A DNA stretch of 51,257 bases from Armatimonadetes bacterium UBA5419. GTDB lineage: Bacteria > Armatimonadota > UBA10988. Numbering within the stretch: the stretch's first letter is position 1; every line of letters starts with the position of its first letter. The notes beneath the pieces were generated by a model, which was given only the letters and a program-made list of their open reading frames with translations, made no database searches and was not told where the DNA came from. The DNA is taken from contig DHNJ01000268.1 of NCBI GenBank assembly GCA_002409445.1, positions 1,039 through 52,295 of the forward strand. Direction: 5' to 3'. Position numbers and translations under genes: made by a program. Below, piece after piece: positions 42,897 to 51,257 of the stretch.

Positions 42897-43930
42897 GCGC
42901 GGCACGCCGTCACCGGTGGCTGCGCTGGGCTGTGCTGGCGGGTATCGTCTGGCTGGCGGTCAGCGGTGGCGTCTTCCACCGGGTCTGGAATGACCCCTAC
43001 AACTCCCAGGTGCGGCCCGTCATCGCTGACGACCGATCGGCGGAAGACATCCCGCTGGACACCGAGACCAATGATCAGCCTGGCTGGTCGAGCCAGGCGC
43101 TCGGTGTCGAGCGACGCGAACTGCGGGCGTTCGAAAGTTGGTTCGAGCGTAAGCTCGGTGCGCCGACGACCTCGCGGCTGACCTTCTCCACCGAGCGCGC
43201 CGACCGCACCCAGCGGGTCGAATGTCTCGTCTTGACCCCGAAGAGCCCCGGCCCGGAGGTTGTGCTCTACCTAGCCAGTTCTGGCTCGCGGCAGGGCTGG
43301 ACCTTCGACATCGAGGCCATGGCGGCCTACCGCGCGCTGGGTCGCGAGGTGCGCATGCTTGTCGTGCCGCTGCCGGCCGAAGAGCAGCGTGGACCGGGCT
43401 GGCAGGCCCTGGCGACCCTGGACTTGCCAGGCCTCGAAGGCATGCTGCGCCAGAGCGTGCTCGACCTGACCCGCGCGGTCCGAGTCTGTCAGGCGCAAGG
43501 CTGGGAGGTGACCACGGCGGCCGGCTACAGCCTAGGTGCACTGTTCATGGCCAGTGCCGTCGGCCTACGACCCGATGTCATTGACCCACCGGAGTTGGTC
43601 CTCTGGGGCATGGGCGCCGACCTGGAGCTACTTGGTAAGTTGTCGGAGCACCGCCTGGCGCGGCTGTTGCGTGGTGGGGATGGCATCGACGAGGGGTACC
43701 GGCGCCAGCTGGTCGCGCGCTTGGACCCGCTGACCCACCTGCGGCGCGCACGGATCACCAACGCTCGCTTGATCGCGGGGCGCAAAGATGCCATCATCCC
43801 ACCGGTCTGTGTGGAGGCGCTCGCTAAGGACATGCGCGCCCATCACATCGACACGGAGATCGAGTGGGTCGACGGTGGTCACTACGCGGTGATCGGTGTG
43901 CCGACCCGCGTTGAACGCCTTTTCATGTAG
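42893..43930 (+). CDS. Membrane-anchored alpha/beta hydrolase (putative Ser-Asp-His triad)
   Basis: N-terminal TM helix WAVLAGIVWLAVSGGVF, nucleophile elbow AGYSLGA, later RKDAIIPP and VDGGHYAV. ATGA overlap with grpE. Confidence 0.55.
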   Translation: MSAARRHRWLRWAVLAGIVWLAVSGGVFHRVWNDPYNSQVRPVIADDRSAEDIPLDTETNDQPGWSSQALGVERRELRAFESWFERKLGAPTTSRLTFSTERADRTQRVECLVLTPKSPGPEVVLYLASSGSRQGWTFDIEAMAAYRALGREVRMLVVPLPAEEQRGPGWQALATLDLPGLEGMLRQSVLDLTRAVRVCQAQGWEVTTAAGYSLGALFMASAVGLRPDVIDPPELVLWGMGADLELLGKLSEHRLARLLRGGDGIDEGYRRQLVARLDPLTHLRRARITNARLIAGRKDAIIPPVCVEALAKDMRAHHIDTEIEWVDGGHYAVIGVPTRVERLFM

Positions 43931-43997
43931 AATCGGCGGCGAAGTGGAAACCTTCGGGGGGCGCCTCTCGTCAACAAGCACTAGAGGGATTATCTAG

Positions 43998-45107
43998 GTG
44001 AGTAGACTCCTGACATGGTGGCGTGCGGTGTGTGGCCGGAGCTGCGTCCTTGCCGTCACCGTGCTGCTCGCCGGCGTGCCGCTGGCCGCCTTCGAGAACA
44101 CCACGGACGCCCGCCTCACACTGCCGGAGGGGCCGTGGACCTCGGCCGAGACGCCGCTGGTCGTGGCCCTCGCGCCAGCAGGCGATGACCTTGAGACCCT
44201 CGAGACCCACCTTTCGCCGCTAACGCGTGAGCGCGGCGCCGCATTGTTGACCGCTGTTGGCGGCGACGATCTGCGGCTGGCCGCGGTGGTCAACGAGATC
44301 ACGGGTGAGCACAAGCTGCCACAGAACAACGTGATACTCGCCTACGTCCCGCTGAACAGTAATGCCGCCTGGGACTCGCTCGGTGTCTGGACGTGGCAGC
44401 TACTATTGCGGCAGCCGAGCCTGTACGGTGGTTGCCTGCTGGTCAACCCACCCGCCCCGGAGAACCCCGAGCCGGTGCCCGGTCAGGGCCCCACAACGAG
44501 CGGCAGCGCGGTGCTCCTGGTCACCCGCCCGGACCGGCTGGAGTCGGGCCAGGCGCTCCAGCAAGCGCTCGCCCGCTGGGGCCTGCAGACGCACATCCAG
44601 ATCGTACGCCCCGAAGAGCTTGGGTTGTACGTGGGCGCCGGAATGAGTGCCCTCCTGCCCGCCTCGGCGCACCTTTCGGAACTGACAGACCCGTCGACCA
44701 AGGCACACTTCAAGGCGCCTGAAGGCTGGCATTTCGAGCGCCGCGACGGTTACCTCGCGGTCGCTATTAACGAGGCCTGGCCCGATGATGTGATGGTCGA
44801 GCTGGTCAGCGGCATGCTGGTCGATCGCACCTTCGAGGACTACGTCGCCGAGGTGGGTAATGTCGCCCTGCGCGCCGACTGGATCGAACTGACCGACACC
44901 GAGCGGCTCCCGCCGCCGCGTGAGGACTACCTCCTCCACCGCTTCACCGCTATCGACCGCCGCGGCTACGTGCCGCATCGTATCCAGTGGTACCTGGTCG
45001 GCTCGGGCGATCGGATCGTCTCGCTTCGCGCGGTCGGTACGGCGGAGGCCCTCAATCAGGTACAGGCGGACCTGCAACAAATGGTCAACGGCGTCGTCTT
45101 CGACTAG
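43998..45107 (+). CDS. Secreted hypothetical protein
   Basis: GTG start. The signal-like segment is MSRLLTWWRAVCGRSCVLAVTVLLAGVPLAAFE. Codon-like composition, but no recognisable family motif. Confidence 0.5.
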   Translation: MSRLLTWWRAVCGRSCVLAVTVLLAGVPLAAFENTTDARLTLPEGPWTSAETPLVVALAPAGDDLETLETHLSPLTRERGAALLTAVGGDDLRLAAVVNEITGEHKLPQNNVILAYVPLNSNAAWDSLGVWTWQLLLRQPSLYGGCLLVNPPAPENPEPVPGQGPTTSGSAVLLVTRPDRLESGQALQQALARWGLQTHIQIVRPEELGLYVGAGMSALLPASAHLSELTDPSTKAHFKAPEGWHFERRDGYLAVAINEAWPDDVMVELVSGMLVDRTFEDYVAEVGNVALRADWIELTDTERLPPPREDYLLHRFTAIDRRGYVPHRIQWYLVGSGDRIVSLRAVGTAEALNQVQADLQQMVNGVVFD

Positions 45108-45134
45108 GCTCGCCTCTGACCCGCGACCCAGTGG

Positions 45135-45162
45135 TTGACGCCCACGGCCGGCTGGCTACAAT
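45135..45162 (+). promoter_or_regulatory. Candidate sigma70 promoter for gcvH (TTGACG-N16-TACAAT)
   Basis: The hexamers are at 45135-45140 and 45157-45162. GAAGGAG follows, then ATG 45189. Confidence 0.5.
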
Positions 45163-45188
45163 CGGCAGTGAAGGAGCCGCGAGACGCC

Positions 45189-45563
45189 ATGGAAACCCCT
45201 GCCGACCTCCGCTTTCTGCCGAGTCATGAGTGGTGCCGAGTTGAGGGCGACCGCGCCACCTTCGGCATTACCGACCACGCCCAGAACGAGTTGGGCGACG
45301 TCGTCGCCATCGAACTGCCGGCCGAAGGCGATGAAGTCACTGCCGGGCAGGCCTTCGGCTCCGTCGACTCGGTCAAAGCCACTAGCGAGCTCATCGCGCC
45401 CCTGTCGGGCACGGTGGTCGAGGTCCACGAGGCGCTCATCGATCAGCCGGAGTTGATCAACGAGTCGCCCTACGCCCAGGGCTGGATGGTGACGATCGAC
45501 GTGAGCGACCCGGCCGAGGCTGACGCCCTGCTCGACCTCGCTGCGTACGAGGCCTCGCTCTGA
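45189..45563 (+). CDS. gcvH: Glycine cleavage system protein H
   Basis: SHEWCRVEGDRATFGITDHAQNELGDVV and the lipoyl-lysine block SVDSVKATSELIAPLSG. Confidence 0.85.
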   Translation: METPADLRFLPSHEWCRVEGDRATFGITDHAQNELGDVVAIELPAEGDEVTAGQAFGSVDSVKATSELIAPLSGTVVEVHEALIDQPELINESPYAQGWMVTIDVSDPAEADALLDLAAYEASL

Positions 45564-45567
45564 GCTA

Positions 45568-46353
45568 GTGTCCGCCACCCCTGCCCGCCTACTCCTTACG
45601 CCACCGCTGGCCGGCGCCCTTAACATGGCGCTGGATGAGGTACTGCTTACCACGCTCAGCGCACCGGTGGTACGGGTCTACGAGTGGCAGCCGCACACGA
45701 TCACCCTTGGCTATGCGCAGCGTGCGGCGGACGTCGACCGGGCGGCATGTGAGCGCTGGGGGCTCGATGTGACGCGCCGGCTGACCGGTGGCCGCGCGGT
45801 GCTCCACGCGGACGAGTTGACCTATTCAGTCATCGCCCCTCCTGACCTGGTCGGTGGTCTCCGCAACTTGACCCGGAGTTACCAGCTCATCTCGGGCTGC
45901 CTGGCCACCGCCCTGCGCGCCGCCGGCCTGGCGATCGAGTTCAGCGAGCGGCCGACCGCACCCGCGGCACGGCTGGGTGCGCACGATCCGGCATGTTTCG
46001 CCGCGTCGCTCGGTGGTGACCTGGTCGTCTCTGGGCGCAAGCTCGTCGGTAGTGCACAGCTCCAGCGGCTGGGTGGTGTGCTTCAGCACGGCTCGCTGCC
46101 GCGCACGCTGGACCATCGACCGCTCGACGAGTGCCTGCGTCGACCCGCCGGTGCGCAGCACAATTGGACCAGCCTTAGCGATCTCGGCGTCGGCCTGTCG
46201 CCGCTGCGTTTCGCCCAGCTGATGGGTGAGGCGTATGCCGAGTTGTTCGGAGCGCTGACCGAGCCCCAGGAGCCGACCGCGGACGAGTGGGCCGCGGCGC
46301 GGGCGCTGGCCGCGGAGAAGTACGCGACCGACGCCTGGATCGAGCGGCTCTAG
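45568..46353 (+). CDS. Lipoate-protein ligase / octanoyltransferase family protein (BPL_LplA_LipB domain)
   Basis: VRVYEWQPHTITLGYAQ, RRLTGGRAVLH, GRKLVGSAQ (catalytic Lys context). GTG start 4 nt after the gcvH stop. Confidence 0.7.
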   Translation: MSATPARLLLTPPLAGALNMALDEVLLTTLSAPVVRVYEWQPHTITLGYAQRAADVDRAACERWGLDVTRRLTGGRAVLHADELTYSVIAPPDLVGGLRNLTRSYQLISGCLATALRAAGLAIEFSERPTAPAARLGAHDPACFAASLGGDLVVSGRKLVGSAQLQRLGGVLQHGSLPRTLDHRPLDECLRRPAGAQHNWTSLSDLGVGLSPLRFAQLMGEAYAELFGALTEPQEPTADEWAAARALAAEKYATDAWIERL

Positions 46354-46367
46354 CCGCCGGCACCGAC

Positions 46368-46396
46368 TTGACGCGCGGAGTGCGCGGGCCTAGACT
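46368..46396 (+). promoter_or_regulatory. Candidate sigma70 promoter for the riboswitch-led operon (TTGACG-N17-TAGACT)
   Basis: The hexamers are at 46368-46373 and 46391-46396, about 25 nt upstream of the riboswitch P1 stem. Confidence 0.5.
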
Positions 46397-46418
46397 CTGC
46401 GTAACTTGGATGACCGTG

Positions 46419-46590
46419 TGAGTAGCGCTCTCGGAAGTCGGTGAGAAGCCGACGCAGCCCCTGCTACGGTAACCGGAGACGAACGCCGCAGGCCCTCGGT
46501 GAGGGCAGCCATTGACCAACCTGGGTGATCAGACCGGTCGAGAAGGCGCGGCGGGAGGACGACCTGGAAGCCCGGAGACCTCGCTACCCA
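46419..46590 (+). promoter_or_regulatory. Cobalamin (B12) riboswitch
   Basis: CGGAAGTCGGTGAGAAGCCGACGCAGCCCCTGCTACGGTAACC parallels E. coli btuB GGGAAUCCAGUGCGAAUCUGGAGCUGACGCGCAGCGGUAAGG. GCCATTGACC...GAGAAGGCG is also present. B12 box GGAAGCCCGGAGACCTCGC at 46566-46584. The closing P1 stem pairs GTAGCG 46422-46427 with CGCTAC 46582-46587. Confidence 0.85.
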
Positions 46591-46621
46591 CCTGGCCACC
46601 GGCTCAGCGGGAGCACGGCCC

Positions 46622-47857
46622 ATGGCGACCAGCGAGTTTGTGCATCAACGGCGCTACCCCGTCGCGCCACGCCCCTACCCGCTGCTCTGGTCGCTCGCGG
46701 TCGCCGCACCGCTCGTCCTGCTCGCCCTTGCGCTCGTGCGCCCGCCGGCGACCGAAACCGCCCCGCCGCAGACACTCCGCCGGCTGCGCCCGGTACGCGT
46801 GAGCCACGCAGCACTGCGCTCGGCGGCGCCAGCAACCACTGTGCAGCCAGGCCGCGCCACGCAGGCCGCCACAACGCCCGCGGCGGCACGCCCAGCATCG
46901 CGAACAGCCCATGTGCCCGCGCACGCCCCGGCGCTGCGCCGCAGCCCGGCGACGGCGCCTGCAAGCTCGCCGCGGGTCACCGCATCCACCCCCGTTGCCA
47001 CGGTGGCGGACAGCACACCTACACCGGCGGCCAGCCCGGGCTCGGCCTCACGCCGCAGCCCCGCCACCGAACGACCTGCCATGCCCGTGGCCACCTTCCA
47101 AGGCGGCGGTACCGGCGGCAGCGCGCGGCCGCAAGCCCCTGGGCGCCTCGCCACCAGCGCCGCCCTGCCCAACGCTGCAACTCCCGGCCCCGGCGGCGCG
47201 CGAATCGGTGTGACTGGCCCCGGTGAGATCATGGTTCGTCCGGGCACCGCGGCGCCCGTCGGCGGTGGCCTGCGCATCGCCGCCAGTAGCTCCGCCGGCG
47301 TGGCTGCCGGCCTCGCTGGGGCTGGCCGCGGCGCTGACGGCACCTCCGCCGGCAGCAGTCAGCCGACACCGCGAAGCGGCGTTAGTGCGCCTCGCCCCGG
47401 CGCGGCTGTCGACGTGGCCACGCCGCCCTCTCGCCCTGCCCTCCCTGCAACCCCGGCACCTACCCCACCGCCTCCGGCCACTCCCGTGCCGGCTCCAACG
47501 CCCGCCGCCGCGCCGCCCAAGGTGGTCGCGCCGGCCGTCCCCGCTCCTCGGCCCACGCCTCCTCCCCCGCCGGCCGCGAAACCTGAGCCCAAGCCCGAAC
47601 CGAAGTCGGACCTACCCGCCGAGCCGCGCCTGGTCTCGCGAGCCACACCGAGCTTCCCGCCCGCCGACGCCGCCGGCTCCGTGACCATCGCCATCGCCGT
47701 CAATGCCGGTGGCACCGTGACCTCGGTGGATGTGACCAACTCGTCGGGTTCCTCGGCCATCGACTCGGCCGCCCGCGCGGCTGGGCGCCGGTTCCGCTTC
47801 TCGCCGGCGCAGCAGGGCAAGACCTTCTACCAGACCTTCCGCTACAGCCCGCAGTGA
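46622..47857 (+). CDS. tonB: TonB-family energy transducer with an exceptionally long Ala/Pro/Thr/Ser-rich linker
   Basis: N-terminal TM helix YPLLWSLAVAAPLVLLALALV, about 300 aa of low-complexity linker with a Pro-rich tract (PPPPAAKPEPKPEPK), and a TonB_C-like end GSVTIAIAVNAGGTVTSVDVTNSSGSSAIDSAARAAGRRFRFSPA. Confidence 0.7.
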   Translation: MATSEFVHQRRYPVAPRPYPLLWSLAVAAPLVLLALALVRPPATETAPPQTLRRLRPVRVSHAALRSAAPATTVQPGRATQAATTPAAARPASRTAHVPAHAPALRRSPATAPASSPRVTASTPVATVADSTPTPAASPGSASRRSPATERPAMPVATFQGGGTGGSARPQAPGRLATSAALPNAATPGPGGARIGVTGPGEIMVRPGTAAPVGGGLRIAASSSAGVAAGLAGAGRGADGTSAGSSQPTPRSGVSAPRPGAAVDVATPPSRPALPATPAPTPPPPATPVPAPTPAAAPPKVVAPAVPAPRPTPPPPPAAKPEPKPEPKSDLPAEPRLVSRATPSFPPADAAGSVTIAIAVNAGGTVTSVDVTNSSGSSAIDSAARAAGRRFRFSPAQQGKTFYQTFRYSPQ

Positions 47858-47865
47858 GGCACCCG

Positions 47866-49767
47866 ATGCGTTATCTCTGGTTTACGGTCGTTGCCGGCTG
47901 CGGCTGGCTCTGCCTCGTTGCGGTGCCGGCGGTCGCCCAGTCCGAGGCCCCGCCCCCGCCGGCGTCCACGGCGATCGAGGAGCTGCCTGACATCGAGGTC
48001 ACCGTCGCCCGTGTTCGGCAGCGGCCCGCGGACGTAACCGCACCGGTCGATATCGTTCGACCCGAGCAGGTGGTTACGCCGGCCGCCACGGCCGTGGCGG
48101 ATACTCTCTCCCGCGTCCCCAGCCTCGACCTGCGCCCAGCGGGTACCGATGGGGGTATCACGGGCTTCAGCCTCCGCGGGGCCAAGGCTGAGCAGGTGCT
48201 CGTGCTCATCGACGGACGTCGTCTCTCGACCGCTCAAGGTGCCGGCGTCGACCTGGGTGACCTACCGCTGCACAGTGTCGAGCGCATCGAGGTGCTGCGG
48301 GGCGGCGCGTCAGCGATGTACGGCACTGACGCGATCGGTGGCGTTATCAACATCATCACCCGCCACGGCGGCGATGGCCGGCTCAAGGCCACGGTCCGTG
48401 GCGGGTCGTTCGGGGCGCTGGGCGGCGTGCTTAACGCTGGCGGCACGACCGGCCGCGCCACCTGGCGCTGGGACGCCGAGTACTACACCCAGGACGGGGA
48501 CTTCCGCTTCCGCCACCGCGGTTGGCAGCGCCGCGCCAACAACCGGCTGCAACGCGCTGGTCTCAGCGGCGCCGGCAGCTACGACTTCGGTCGTGCTGGT
48601 GTGCTGCGCGCCGGAGCCGACTTGTACCGAGCCAAACGCGGCGTACCGGGCCTGATCGAGTTTCCCACGCCCGGTGCCTGGCAGACGGACGACCGTCATG
48701 GCGTGTGGCTGCAGCACGGGGTCGAACTCACCTCGGGCCTGCGACTGGACAGCCATCTGACCTGGCTCGACTCGGAGCGCGACTACGTCGACCTGCTCAA
48801 CACCTTCGGCGTCGACTCGCACCACGACAACCGGCAGTTCGCCGCAGGAACACAGGCGCACTTCGCCGTTGCCGGCGCCAACCAGGCCACCGTTGGCCTC
48901 GACTGGCGGCGGGACGAGCTGCGCAGCAACACCGCCGGCGGTCACCACCGCATCACCGTTGGCCTGTTCGGGCAGTACGAGATCGGCTTAGGGCGCGTAC
49001 GGCTGGTGCCGTCGGCGCGCGTCGATTGGCAGACCCAGCAGCGCGCCGTGCTCACGCCGCGTCTGGCCAGCACGTGGCAGGTCAGCCCCTCGGTGCGGGC
49101 GCGCGCGAGCTGGGGCCAGGCCTTCCGTGCCCCATCGTTCGACGACCTCTACTGGCCCGCGGACAACCTGGCGGTCGGCAACCCCAACCTTGGCAGCGAA
49201 CGCTCGACCGAGTGGAACTTTGGGGTCAGCTGGCAGCCGTGGGCGCGCGGCAACCTGGAGTTGGACTACTTCAACCGCGACCTGAGCCAGATGATCGTCT
49301 GGCAACCGATCGGCGGTGGACGCTGGTCACCAACCAACGTCGGCCGCGTTCGCTTCCAAGGCCTCGAACTGGCCGCCGAGACCCCGTTACCGCACGTGCC
49401 GCGGCTGGTCTTCACCGCCAGCTACGCCTACCTGAAGGCCACGACACACACGGGTAGCCAAGCCGAGATTGGCCGCCAACTGGTTGGCCGGCCCTTCCAT
49501 CAGGCCAGCGCCTCGCTCAACTGGCGCGGCGCGACCTGGGATGCCGGGTTCGACCTGACCAGCTCCAGCTCGCGTTACCTGACTACCGCCAACACCGACT
49601 CGCTGCCCGGCTTCGTCACCGCCGACCTGCGCGGCCGCTGGCGGGTCAGCGCGCTGGACGAGCTCAGCATCGAGCTGCGGAACGTCCTCAATCACCAGTA
49701 TCAGACTGTCGACGGGTACCCGCTGCCGGGCCGCGAGTTGCGGGTAGCCTACCAAAGAACCTTCTAA
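47866..49767 (+). CDS. btuB: TonB-dependent outer-membrane receptor (BtuB-like, by riboswitch context)
   Basis: Signal peptide ...CLVAVPAVAQS, plug motifs (ERIEVLRGGASAMYGTDAIGGVINIIT), beta-barrel repeats, and a terminal aromatic residue (...AYQRTF). An alternative GTG start at 47854 overlaps the tonB-like stop. Confidence 0.85.
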   Translation: MRYLWFTVVAGCGWLCLVAVPAVAQSEAPPPPASTAIEELPDIEVTVARVRQRPADVTAPVDIVRPEQVVTPAATAVADTLSRVPSLDLRPAGTDGGITGFSLRGAKAEQVLVLIDGRRLSTAQGAGVDLGDLPLHSVERIEVLRGGASAMYGTDAIGGVINIITRHGGDGRLKATVRGGSFGALGGVLNAGGTTGRATWRWDAEYYTQDGDFRFRHRGWQRRANNRLQRAGLSGAGSYDFGRAGVLRAGADLYRAKRGVPGLIEFPTPGAWQTDDRHGVWLQHGVELTSGLRLDSHLTWLDSERDYVDLLNTFGVDSHHDNRQFAAGTQAHFAVAGANQATVGLDWRRDELRSNTAGGHHRITVGLFGQYEIGLGRVRLVPSARVDWQTQQRAVLTPRLASTWQVSPSVRARASWGQAFRAPSFDDLYWPADNLAVGNPNLGSERSTEWNFGVSWQPWARGNLELDYFNRDLSQMIVWQPIGGGRWSPTNVGRVRFQGLELAAETPLPHVPRLVFTASYAYLKATTHTGSQAEIGRQLVGRPFHQASASLNWRGATWDAGFDLTSSSSRYLTTANTDSLPGFVTADLRGRWRVSALDELSIELRNVLNHQYQTVDGYPLPGRELRVAYQRTF

Positions 49768-49792
49768 GTACACCAAGACCAAGGAGCAACCG

Positions 49793-51181
49793 ATGATCTC
49801 TCGAACTCGCTCGGCCGTGGTCATGACCATGGCCGCCGCACTGGTCGCGATGCTGGCGCTGGCTGGCTGTGGCTCGTCCAGCAAGGGCCTCGATCTGGGC
49901 GGCAGCAGCAAGGATCTGACCACCACCCGTGCCCTGGGCGCCCTCGAAGCCCGCATCGTCAACGCCGACCGCACGCCGGCGGCTGGCCAGGCCGTGCTCG
50001 TCAGCGGCACGCGCGCGGCGACCACCTCAATCAGCGTGACCACCGACGCCCGCGGCATCATCCGCCTCGGATCGCTGGCACCGGGCAACTACCAGTTGCT
50101 CATCGGCGCGGTGGCCTTCCGTGCACCGATCGAGGCCGGCCAGGTGACCACACGGCTCTACAACCTTGGCCAACCGAACGTCACGCGCACCGATCTGGGC
50201 GAGATGTTCATCCTCAACGGTTTGGGCCAGACGCTGAGCCGTCTCGACACCGAGACCGGCACCATCGCCAACAACGTCGTCAAGACCGGCAAGTGGCCCA
50301 ACGCCGTCGCCTTCTACAAGGGCATCGGCTACATCGTCAACTCGGGCGACAACAGCATCCAGCGCTTCAACCCCGTCGACGGCAAGACCATCGACACGAC
50401 CGACCTGGGTGCCGGTCGCAACCCGTACTACATTGCCTTCTGGCAGGACAAGGCGTTCGTGACCAACCTACTGGCTAACCAGGTGCAGGTGCTCAACCTG
50501 GCCGAGGACAAGCCGGTCCTGGGCAAGACGATCGATGTGGGCACGCAGCCATCCGGGCTGGTTGTGACCAACGACAAGGTCTACGTCTTCTGCACCGGCG
50601 CGTCGTGGGTCGGCTCGGACGTGACGTACGCGCAGGGCACGGTCCATGTGCTGAACGCGGGCACCGAGACCGTCGAGGCCGTGCTGGAGCTCGGTGAGAA
50701 GTCCAATCCGCAGGCCGGTGTCGTCGGTGCTGAAGGCCACGTGTACGTCCTCTGCACCGGTGACTACCAGACCGTCGGCAGCTCGGTGCTGCGGGTCAAC
50801 GCACGGTCCAATACGCTGGACGGTGCGCCGCTGCCGCTGACCCGCGAGGGCGGGCTCGTCTCGGCGCGGGCGATCACCATCGCGCCGAACGGTCGCGCCT
50901 TCATCGCCGACCAGAGCGGCGCGCGCATTCACGTCGTCGATACGAAGGAGCACAAGGTGCTGCGCACCGGCCGCAACGCGCTGGACCAGGGCGGCAACCC
51001 GCTGGACCTGGCCGCAAGCGCCAACGGGCTGGTTTGGGTCTTCAACTTCTCTGACGACCAGGTCCGCGCCTTCGACGCCGGCAGCTACGCGCGGCGCTAC
51101 GGCCCGCTCGGCGCCGGCGACGGCCCGATGTACGGCGGCACGCGCGAGCGGCAGCCGGCGGCCGCGGTGGCCGTCCGCTAG
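49793..51181 (+). CDS. Lipoprotein with CarboxypepD_reg-like N-domain and YncE/YVTN-type beta-propeller
   Basis: AAGGAG upstream. Lipobox LALAGCG. N-domain RIVNADRTPAAGQAVLV...TDARGIIRLGSLAPGNYQL. Repeated propeller-like blades follow (NAVAFYKGIGYIVNSGDNSIQRF; NPYYIAFWQDKAFVTN; PSGLVVTNDKVYVF; ARAITIAPNGRAFIADQSGARIHVVD). Confidence 0.7.
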   Translation: MISRTRSAVVMTMAAALVAMLALAGCGSSSKGLDLGGSSKDLTTTRALGALEARIVNADRTPAAGQAVLVSGTRAATTSISVTTDARGIIRLGSLAPGNYQLLIGAVAFRAPIEAGQVTTRLYNLGQPNVTRTDLGEMFILNGLGQTLSRLDTETGTIANNVVKTGKWPNAVAFYKGIGYIVNSGDNSIQRFNPVDGKTIDTTDLGAGRNPYYIAFWQDKAFVTNLLANQVQVLNLAEDKPVLGKTIDVGTQPSGLVVTNDKVYVFCTGASWVGSDVTYAQGTVHVLNAGTETVEAVLELGEKSNPQAGVVGAEGHVYVLCTGDYQTVGSSVLRVNARSNTLDGAPLPLTREGGLVSARAITIAPNGRAFIADQSGARIHVVDTKEHKVLRTGRNALDQGGNPLDLAASANGLVWVFNFSDDQVRAFDAGSYARRYGPLGAGDGPMYGGTRERQPAAAVAVR

Positions 51182-51199
51182 CCCGCGTCCCAACGCAGC

Positions 51200-51233
51200 C
51201 CGCGCCCCGTCAGCCGAAGCTGGCGGGGCGCGG
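51200..51233 (+). terminator. Intrinsic-terminator-like hairpin after the B12 operon
   Basis: CCGCGCCCCG(T)CAGC-cgaa-GCTG(G)CGGGGCGCGG gives a ~15-bp GC-rich stem, followed by TGCTTTGGGG. Confidence 0.55.
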
Positions 51234-51257
51234 TGCTTTGGGGAACGCTGCTACTAG

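Noticed and set aside
43935-43966. Imperfect hairpin (CGAAG-tggaaac-CTTCG with flanking G/C runs) after the alpha/beta hydrolase gene as a terminator
   Set aside because: There are only 5 clean base pairs, a bulged extension and no U-tract, which is too weak to call.
46525-47226. 233-aa alternative-frame ORF overlapping the riboswitch 3' end and the TonB linker
   Set aside because: It starts inside the conserved riboswitch aptamer and has an Arg/Pro/Ala composition. The 46622 frame ends in a recognisable TonB C-terminal domain.

Overview
Very GC-rich bacterial chromosomal segment. It looks like a diderm organism: kdsA, kdsD/kpsF, gmhA, a TonB-dependent receptor and an H-X9-DG pseudopilin-like domain are present. 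There are about 45 well-supported CDS, and many neighbours are translationally coupled by 1-8 nt overlaps. Layout: (i) 1-8.3 kb, secreted glycan-degrading enzymes; (ii) 8.3-18.4 kb, one long minus-strand run containing a tightly coupled six-gene membrane operon (ICMT-like methyltransferase, Cys-rich membrane protein, Zn-ribbon radical SAM, Lgt-like transferase, zinc-ribbon/TM protein, small membrane protein), then GH172/DUF2961, a beta-CASP MBL hydrolase, kdsD-kdsA, a Spy/CpxP-like lipoprotein and an MFS exporter; (iii) tandem OsmC paralogs, a large GH5-like glycosidase, and wzm/wzt plus FkbM methyltransferase plus AsnB; (iv) an ECF sigma factor, an anti-sigma factor fused to an H-X9-DG domain, and gmhA; (v) one ~2,200-aa gene fusing a transglutaminase-like module, DUF4011, an Upf1-like SF1 helicase, a REase-like domain and DUF3320, placed divergently next to a Ser-Arg-Ser-Arg-Ser tRNA array that runs into an SRP RNA gene; (vi) housekeeping genes (mntP, mnmA, DAHP synthase, grpE, gcvH, lipoate ligase); (vii) a cobalamin riboswitch ahead of tonB-like, btuB-like and beta-propeller lipoprotein genes. 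No CRISPR array, integrase, transposase or rRNA was seen. The best candidates for undescribed biology are the giant helicase-nuclease fusion and the radical-SAM/Lgt-like membrane operon. All calls rest on reading the ORF translations and DNA by eye, with no searches run. Most long ORFs antisense to these genes are GC-driven artefacts.
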